From Eledone cirrhosa (taxonomy: Eukaryota): DNA of 64,000 nt. A program made the translations under genes and the position numbers. The notes beneath the pieces were generated by a model. That model had not been told where the DNA came from. It saw nothing but the letters and a program-made list of their open reading frames with translations, and made no database searches. This document shows, one piece after another, positions 54,487 to 64,000 of this stretch (positions within the stretch are counted from its first letter, which is position 1; each line of letters begins with the position of its first letter). The stretch covers positions 4,154,001 through 4,218,000 of the forward strand of contig OZ024762.1 of the NCBI GenBank assembly GCA_964016885.1. Reading direction: 5' to 3'.

Positions 54487-54639
54487 GGTATGTTCTTTTA
54501 TGAGGTCCTTGGGCTTCAGCCATTTGACTGTGTCCACATCATCTAAATAACCACTAGTTAATGCATGACACTTTATTTCCAATAGCGTTAAACCTGAGGA
54601 CAACACTCCTCCCTACCAGATCATTTCTAACACTAATTG

Positions 54640-55060
54640 AGTCGGGGTTCAACACGTTGAATGCCACAAACAAGACAACACTAACCCCACCGACTCAATG
54701 AACACCGCCATCCTTGACCCACAGACTGATGAGAGCCTACACCCCGCAACAGATCTAACCGGATCTCTTTCCGACGATGAAATGCAACTCCTCCGTCTCG
54801 GACCCAAGTTCATCTTAACACAGCGACTCGATGACACACTCGACATTGAGGCCAACTTCTACAGAGCCGCCTACAACCTCGAGTAGGTGTCTTTCATCGT
54901 CCCTTCTAAGACTTCAACAATGAACTCAAAATGCCCCACTTACCATCTCGACAACTTACTACACCCTCCACCCGCCAACCGTGACTAAACTCAATATCAA
55001 ACTAGCTCACTCTGGACCTTCCCTGCAAAGATGCCTCTCCACAAGGCAAACCCCCAACGA
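54640..55060 (+). mobile_element. Penelope-like ORF N-terminal remnant
   Basis: DLTGSLSDDEMQLLRLGPKF matches the PLE NLS..LS..E..LL.LG.KF motif. Confidence 0.55.
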
Positions 55061-55117
55061 GGATAACGGATGCACACTCTAGCATCGGTTATCCTCGTGT
55101 CTGTGATCAAATCCTCG

Positions 55118-55164
<47 letters not shown>

Positions 55165-55499
55165 TGTGTGGGTGTGAGGGCTTTATATGTGTGCATGTGT
55201 GAATGTGGTTGTAGGCACTGACCAAAGGCATTGCTAGCTTAAGTGAACCTTAAAAATCAGGAGTGGTGCCCCAGAGTGAACCTGTCTATAAAATTATTTC
55301 TGCCTTTGTTATTCTAAATATAGTTTTTGAAGAATTCCCTTTTCTTTAAACCCATCAACCAATGACCCCCCATCATCCCAATTACCCCCCCCCCCCTACC
55401 ACCAGAAAAGATATAAATACCCCATATTACTCGGACAGTAATCGACATATAAATCCTGATGATTTTTTCCGAATGAAACAGTTCTAGTCCTGTAGAAGC

Positions 55500-55544
<45 letters not shown>

Positions 55545-55545
<1 letters not shown>

Positions 55546-55697
55546 GTAGGTCCCGGGTTGAGTCGGGGATAACCACAGTAAGTAAGGTACTCAATACATG
55601 GCAGAGTAAATTTTTTTTATTTTATGGAAGGAGCTTCTACAGGACTAGTACTGAAGATTTCATCTGAATGAAACAGTACTAGTCCTGTAGAAGCTCC

Positions 55698-55702
<5 letters not shown>
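55545..55702 (-). mobile_element. Mini-PLE family D; a further fragment lies at 55455-55500 (+)
   Basis: Tail at 55545-55610; 27-bp perfect inverted arms; CTGAAGA-tttc atct gaat-GAAACAGTA. Confidence 0.7.
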
Positions 55703-55755
<53 letters not shown>

Positions 55756-56042
55756 GATAACAAGTTATCGTTATAAGTAATTCAGTTAGAGGTTGTGTGT
55801 ACTCTGTGTCGTGGATAGTTTTAACGTACGGCTTTGTTTGACTCAACAAGATGTTGAGTCAAGCCGAGGCTTTAGTGTTTTCTTCTTCATTTCTCCTACA
55901 CATCTTTTAAAAATAAATCTTCTATCTTTCTCTTTGCTTTTAGTCACGAATGACCATGGAATTTGTACTTAGAAAGTCTCCTCTCAAGCCACAAGCCCGG
56001 GAAAGGTGTTTTAGTGGCAGACCAACTGACTATATATATATA

Positions 56043-56187
56043 TAATAAAACCGTTTCGTATTCATTATATTGAAACTCCGGTTGATACCTTACCGAGAAA
56101 ATCCCAAGGAATGCAAATCGTTGAGTGCTTTACGTCTGTTTACGAAAAAGTCGGTGGATTATATGATCAACCAACTTTCAACAACTG

Positions 56188-56190
<3 letters not shown>
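56043..56190 (+). mobile_element. Mini-element family G, tail only
   Basis: ACTC-CGGTT...AATCG-TT-GAGTGCT at 56075-56129; (TA)n flanks. Confidence 0.55.
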
Positions 56191-56279
<89 letters not shown>

Positions 56280-56958
56280 AGAATTGCAGCTTTTTGTAAA
56301 CTTTATATATATATATACACACTGTATATATGATATTGTCTAAGGGAAAGGTAAAAGCCAATAGAGCTTGTTCAGAGACACAACACATGACCCGGTCCGG
56401 GAATCGAACTCACAACCTCACGCGCCTTCACTACTACAGACGTTGTAAGCGTATTGTAAATCGAATAAATTCTTTGAGTTATTTCCCTTAGAAGAAATAA
56501 TTTAAATATTTGAGTTACTTCCCCTGACTTATGTTTTCTTAAATGTAAACTATCTTGTATTTGTCCCCTTCTTTTGTGCCCCTGTGGCTAATAAAGAAAC
56601 ATATCTTTCTATGAACCCGCAAGGGCGTCATATTGACAATCGGCTTTTCCGGGGCATTTTAAAATCTGGCGGAGCCTATCTCCTCTCTAGGTCTGAACAT
56701 AGCCTAGAAAGTGAGAAAGAGATATAGAGGAAGAAACAACCCCAGTATTGGACTGGTACTTTATTTATCGACCGCAAAATTATGAAAGTTGTCCTTGACA
56801 GGATTTGAAGTCAGAGATCAGAAAACCGGAAAGAATCCCACAAAATGTGGTAAGGGTGTTGGAGTTCAGATAATGATGTCGTGGGTTCGATTCCTGGACT
56901 GGGTTATGTTGTATTCTTGAGCAAAACACTTCATTTCACGTTGCTCCAGTACACACAC

Positions 56959-57655
<697 letters not shown>

Positions 57656-59126
57656 GTGTGTGTATAATACATGTTTATATGTCAAGGTTTTCCACTCAAG
57701 GGTTTATAAACAGTCTTTTGATTCGCTAGAGATAGTGAGATTGGATATGGAACGTTCGCTACTGCCTATTTACATGTCTATCTCTGCCCCTCCCTACATA
57801 CCTAGCCCTCCCTACCCACTTACACATCTCTCTATCTTACCTACCTACTTACCTATTTATCCACTTAACTACCAACCTACCTACCCATATACATACTTAG
57901 TTTACCTATCTATCTACCTCTCTGCATACACACACACCTATCTACCTACATACCTACCCCCTATCCATTCTACCTATTAACGTACCTATCTGCCAATCAA
58001 TCTACCTACATCTCTGTATACACACCTATTTATCTACCGACATCCCTCCCCCCTCACCTGCCCACAAAAGAAGCATTAAATAAGGAAGTCTTGTGCTAAA
58101 ATAAACCTTATTTGATAACAGTTATTCCAACTTAGGAATAGAATAATTTTGTCCCACCAATATAACAAAGACGTAAACAAACTAATTTTAGTGACAATTT
58201 CTTTTATTAAATGAATAACTCTTAAAGTGAAGTAAAAATATAATTCCTCCATTTAAATGATATATTTCAGTAAAGTAAACTTTAATTAATAACAGGTATT
58301 CCTTAATACTGTAAAAATGTATACATTAATAGAACAAATTTAATCATACTAATATAACAGAAATAGTGTTCTGTTAAATCACAAAGGGATTTAAAAATTA
58401 GAGAACTAGGTTTTAGTAAAGTAATATATCTTACAATAAGGTAGAAATATAATTTATGAATATAATGATATATTTCGGCGAAAGTCACCTTCTTCAGAGT
58501 CTGGGTGAATTATAGGACATGAGGTAAAAACATCTTTTTACTCTACAATTAGAGACACAGTCGGGATACCAAGTCTACCTTCGACTAGAGAATGAGAAAT
58601 TTCTTTTAGAGAAGTTTTTATTCAATACAAGAGGAGTGAACAAGTTTGCTGACACATCGCTTGGTGAATTGTTAAATTTGTTTACAAAGCTAGACAAACA
58701 TTCATACAAGTAATTATGAACTTACACAAGCACAGATATGCGCAGTAACACTTTTAAATAAACATAAAACGCACGCACACAAATATATGTGCAGTAGTTA
58801 TGATGTATAATCATATATATATACATACACAGATATATATATACACACAAATGTATGAAAAAACACACACACACACGTGCAGTGCATTAAACCAAATTAG
58901 TTCAGTAGTATATGTAAACAAAGGCAGTGAACTTTATTAAGGAGTTCCCTGGTTATCAACACATGTTTAAACAAAGAAAAAAATATATATGTTAACCAGC
59001 AACATGGTTTTATATATATATTCTTAATATATATATATATATACATATTCTTAATATATTTATCTAAAGACATTTTTTCCAATTCCAACCCGCCCGTCTC
59101 CTCAATCTATTTTATTTCGCATTCTT

Positions 59127-59162
59127 TCTTCTGATGAAGGACTAGCGTCCGAAACGTTAAGA
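59127..59162 (+). ncRNA. Minimal type I hammerhead ribozyme (PLE pLTR type)
   Basis: TCTT-CTGATGA-A-GGAC-tagc-GTCC-GAAACGTT-AAGA; complete stems I and II, palindromic stem III. Confidence 0.7.
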
Positions 59163-59629
59163 CCCTCTTCCTGCTATATCAAGCGTTAACCTAATATATA
59201 CCTTCCATATACTGTACCGATTGTGTTATTTCTGTTTACCTTTTACATACATATATGTACACCCACTTACATCTCTCTCTCTACCACCGGATCCTCTCAC
59301 CCGGAGATTTACCCATCTGCATTGTCGAGGCTTCCAAACGACTTAAAGAAATTTACCTTATTATTCCACAATGCTTCAAGCAAACTTCAATACTCTCATA
59401 TATATATATATATATTTGTGTATATATATATATATATATTTGTATATTTTATATATATATATATATATATATTTGTATATTTTATATATATATATATATA
59501 TATATTTGTGTATTTTATATATATATATATATATATTTGTATATTTTATATATATATATATATATATTTGTGTATTTTATATATATATATATATATATTT
59601 GTGTATATATATATATATTTGTGTATATT

Positions 59630-59698
<69 letters not shown>

Positions 59699-59721
59699 GT
59701 ATATATATATATATATATATA

Positions 59722-60255
59722 TAGATTTTGAGTTTATGTTGGTTGTATACCAACACCTCAGTATGCAGGCTGGAGCACTCGACAAAGTGCGCAGGTTGGT
59801 TTGATTACTCCGGAGTAGTGTAAAATAAAGTTAAATAAAAGTCAAATGATTAAAATTTAGCTTCGTTTATTACTGCTATATATATTTCAGTGACAGCCAT
59901 CTTTGGCTGTGACCTCTTCAGGCAGTTTGAATTAGTATGGTATAGACAAGTACGTATGTTGTTTAGGTGTATGATATTGTCAATACTCTGATATTCCCAG
60001 TTCCTTGTTGGGTTGTTAATTCACTGGGGAACTGGAGTCATATGACTCCAGTTCCCCAGTGAATTAACAACCCAACAAGGAACTGGGCATATCAGAGTAT
60101 TGACAATATCATACACCTAAACAACATATGTACTTGTCTATACCATACTAATTCAAACTGCCTGAAGAGGTCACAGCCAAAGATGGCTGTCACTGAAATA
60201 TATATAGCAGTAATAAACGAAGCTAAATTTTAATCATTTGACTTTTATTTAACTT

Positions 60256-60262
<7 letters not shown>
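59722..60262 (-). mobile_element. Mini-PLE family C: tail plus 442-bp spacerless palindrome with two hammerheads
   Basis: Arms 59821-60041 / 60042-60262; hammerheads at 59872-59926 (-) and 60157-60211 (+). Confidence 0.8.
60157..60211 (+). ncRNA. Type I hammerhead ribozyme, family C
   Basis: ACTGC-CTGAAGA-ggtcacagcca aaga tggctgtcact-GAAA-TATATATA-GCAGT. Confidence 0.75.
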
Positions 60263-60334
<72 letters not shown>

Positions 60335-60424
60335 TGTATATATATGTATATATATATATATTTGTATATTTTATATATATATATATATATATATTTGTAT
60401 ATTATATATATATATATATATTTG

Positions 60425-60470
<46 letters not shown>

Positions 60471-60472
60471 AT

Positions 60473-60509
<37 letters not shown>

Positions 60510-60591
60510 ATATTATATATATATATATATATATTTGTATATTATATATATATATATATTTGTATATTATATATATATATATATATATTTG

Positions 60592-60649
<58 letters not shown>

Positions 60650-60867
60650 ATATTATATATATATGTATATATATTTGTATATTATATATATATATATATA
60701 TATATTTGTATATTATATATATATATATTTCTATATATATTTGTATATATATATATATATATTTGTATATATATATATATTTGTATATATATATATATAT
60801 ATTTGTATATATATATATATTTGTATATATATATATATATAAATATATATTTGTATAAATATATATT

Positions 60868-60951
<84 letters not shown>

Positions 60952-60958
60952 ATTTGTA
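60263..60958. repeat. (TA)n with periodic ttg interruptions
   Basis: Direct reading; similar tract at 59399-59722. Confidence 0.95.
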
Positions 60959-61025
60959 TCAAGCCTCGTGAAATAAATACGTTAGTTTATATTTTGTTAT
61001 TGTGTATGCAAAAATATCTGTACAC

Positions 61026-61067
<42 letters not shown>

Positions 61068-61069
<2 letters not shown>

Positions 61070-61271
61070 CGAAGGAAATGTGGTAAGGACCCAGGTGGAC
61101 CATAACGCACCAAAGTACTCAATACTTACGGTAGTAGAGTGGGTAATAGGAACGAGTAGGACCCCGACGGCCGAGCTCAAGCTGTTTCGACGGCTAATTC
61201 TGGATTAAAATGTTTAGTCCAGAATTAGCCGTCGAAACGGCTTGAGCTCAGTCGTCGGGGTCCTACTCGTT

Positions 61272-61274
<3 letters not shown>
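61068..61274 (-). mobile_element. Mini-element family E: tail plus about 62-bp inverted arms
   Basis: Identity to 39868-40042; (TA)n flanks. Confidence 0.8.
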
Positions 61275-61327
<53 letters not shown>

Positions 61328-61336
<9 letters not shown>

Positions 61337-61395
61337 CAGATTAAAGTTTAAGCAAAGAATCGCTGCTTTCACCCTTAACGGGATCTTCTGAAGCT
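61328..61395 (-). mobile_element. Dispersed TA-embedded element with hammerhead-like variant core; second copy at 48364-48422 (+)
   Basis: CAGAAGA-T-CCC-gttaa-GGG-T-GAAAGCAGC. Confidence 0.45.
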
Positions 61396-61757
61396 AAAAA
61401 ATCAATCTGTGAACGCAGGAGTAAATAGTTCGAGAAACATTGCAGTCGAAGGGAAACTGGAAGACGATATTTTGCTTCGTGAATACGTTCCCTGGCAATG
61501 AACGGATAATAGCGAACATAATACGTCCTCAATGTTTTTCAGAATGTCGTAATGCAGACAGATAATATAAGGGCTCGACGGAGATCGATAACCGGCGCTT
61601 AACACCCCTTTAACAACAGAAAATTGAAAAATAAGAGCTGCAGTTAAGATCTTTAGACCGCAAGGAATATATAAATGCAAGTTTGAAGTCAATCGGAGTA
61701 GAAATGTGGATTTGTATAGACTTTGTAAAAATGAGGATACACACACAGAGACAACTA

Positions 61758-61816
<59 letters not shown>

Positions 61817-61907
61817 AAGTATATAAAACATAATAGATAATTTGGAAAAACTGACAAAAAGCATAATTACATCTAATTGGATGTATGTATGTGTGTGTGT
61901 ATATATG

Positions 61908-61942
<35 letters not shown>

Positions 61943-63384
61943 GTATATATACACAGTGTGTATATATATATATATATTAAAATACTTAAATGGGTGCGTC
62001 TGGCGGATATTCGTCAAAGATGTGTCACACACACACACACTCACACACACACACATACACACACACACACAAATACACACACACAAAAACACACACACAC
62101 ACTATATATTTATAGAAAGGCCATTGGTGACAGATGAATAAATATTTATAAACAGTTGAAGATCACAAACGAAACTATTGTTTCAGTTATTCTAACGTAG
62201 ACAGACCTAATTATATAATTACGTAATTATATAATTCGGCTTCATTAATTACCGTTGTTTAATTATCCAGCTTCTGCTCCATCCTCAACTGATGTCGCTT
62301 GAGATTTAAATAACTTCCGAAACTACAAAGTCTAGGTTCACCAGACTGGGGAGGGTTGCGGCACGACAAGATTTATCCCTGAAAATTTGTCAACATATTA
62401 ACACTAATTCACAGCATATATATTTTAATGTGACAACCTTCGGAACAGGCCAAATGATATCTATTTTTATTTTAAACACCCTGCATTAGTACTATATACT
62501 GTTGAAGTAAATATTATTTAAATTGATAAACAACACTACTGTGTAACATAATAGTATTATGCAGTAGACATTAATTTATTATAAACTTATATATATACAT
62601 TTCTTTTCACATAGTACCGTATTTTTCGGAATATAAAACGCGCGAATTTGTTTCGAAGGACAAAAAAAAAAAAGAAGTTTTTCTAGAAAAAAGAAGTTAA
62701 ACATGAGACACTGGTGTTGTTGATATTTTTTATTGTTGTTATGTTTCTACTTTCCATGTATTGAGGTCAGGGCAGAATTTTGACTCTAAATCTTTGTGGG
62801 AAAAGTCATAAGATGAAAATAAACGGTGGATAAAATGAGGAAAGCAAAATTTATGATGTAAACATTGAGAAATAGTGGTTATTTAACATATTTAATCTAC
62901 AATTTAAAATACAGACACACACTATATATTATTACGTGAAGTGGGTGAACGGAGAGATTCTTTTTTATTTACAGGTTTTACCATTGAAACGTTATTTAAA
63001 CGGAAGATCTTCTAACCTCCACCACCCAAAATACAACAACAAACAAACAAAAAACAACAAAACTACAACAGAAAAGCAGCAAAAATATACAAAAACAAAC
63101 AAACAAAACAAAACAAAACATAAAACAAAATAAAAAAGTATCAGTTGTGTTTTAAAAAAATAGAAATATTTGAGAAGGAAGAGTAAAACTCATTGAAACC
63201 AATATTTGGATCATAATTACTGTGTATTTATTGATATTGATTAACACATCGACGCCAATATGATATCGATTGGATTAACATCAATATCAGGATTATCATC
63301 ATATGTACCATCATCATCATCAACATTATCTTTGTTGGTCTTATCTCAAGGTAAGTTCATAGCATTTTATATCTTCTGCTTCTA

Positions 63385-63909
63385 ATTATATATATCGATA
63401 GTCGACATTGCTTCTTATTATATATATATCGATAGTCGACACTGCTTCTTATTATATATATATATCGATAGTCGACATTGCTTCTTATTATATATATATA
63501 TCGATAGTCGACATTGCTTCTTATTATATATATATCGATAGTCGACACTGCTTCTTATTATATATATATATCGATAGTCGACACTGCTTCTTCTTATATA
63601 TATATATATATATATATAGTCGACATTGCTTCTTATATATATATATATCGATAGTCGACACTGCTTCTTATTATATATATATCGATAGTCGACATTGCTT
63701 CTTATTATATATATATCGATAGTCGACATTGCTTCTTATTATATAGATATATCGATAGTCGACATTGCTTCTTATTATATATATATCGATAGTCGACATT
63801 GCTTCTTATTATATATATCGATAGTCGACATTGCTTCTTATTATATATATATCGATAGTCGACACTGCTTCTTATTATATATATATATCGATAGTCGACA
63901 CTGCTTCTT

Positions 63910-63950
<41 letters not shown>

Positions 63951-64000
63951 GACATTGCTTCTTATATATATATATATCGATATCGACACTGCTTCTTATT
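63385..64000. repeat. About 38-55-bp minisatellite: constant tcgatagtcgaca(t/c)tgcttcttat core plus variable (TA)n
   Basis: About 15 units; runs off the window end. Confidence 0.95.

Noticed and set aside
63385-64000. CRISPR-like repeat/spacer pattern
   Set aside because: The spacers are only (TA)n of varying length.

Overview
Eukaryotic, AT-rich, extremely microsatellite-rich DNA. The SINE/LINE repertoire points to a cephalopod, most likely Octopus (inference). It is almost all intronic or intergenic. No complete gene, rRNA, true tRNA or CRISPR array is present, and nearly all long ORFs in the track are microsatellite artefacts. Two plausible minus-strand exons (4565-4714, 25779-25922) suggest one large-intron host gene. 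Transposons include many copies of a tRNA-derived SINE; decayed RTE, CR1, Tx1 and R4/Dong LINE fragments; Helitron-type and TIR MITEs; and Penelope-like (PLE) ORF remnants. Main result: about 20 short (100-550 bp) non-coding inserts, mostly in (TA)n tracts, fall into at least 7 sequence-unrelated families with one shared design. The design is a type I hammerhead ribozyme or degenerate equivalent, an inverted copy whose outer end is fixed, and a 3' tail. In all 7 families the tail begins with the same covarying bulged hairpin, (T)ACTC-stem-loop-stem-TN-GAGT(RCT). This hairpin is a candidate cis-element for PLE reverse transcription or integration that I do not know to be described. Family labels A-H are my own.
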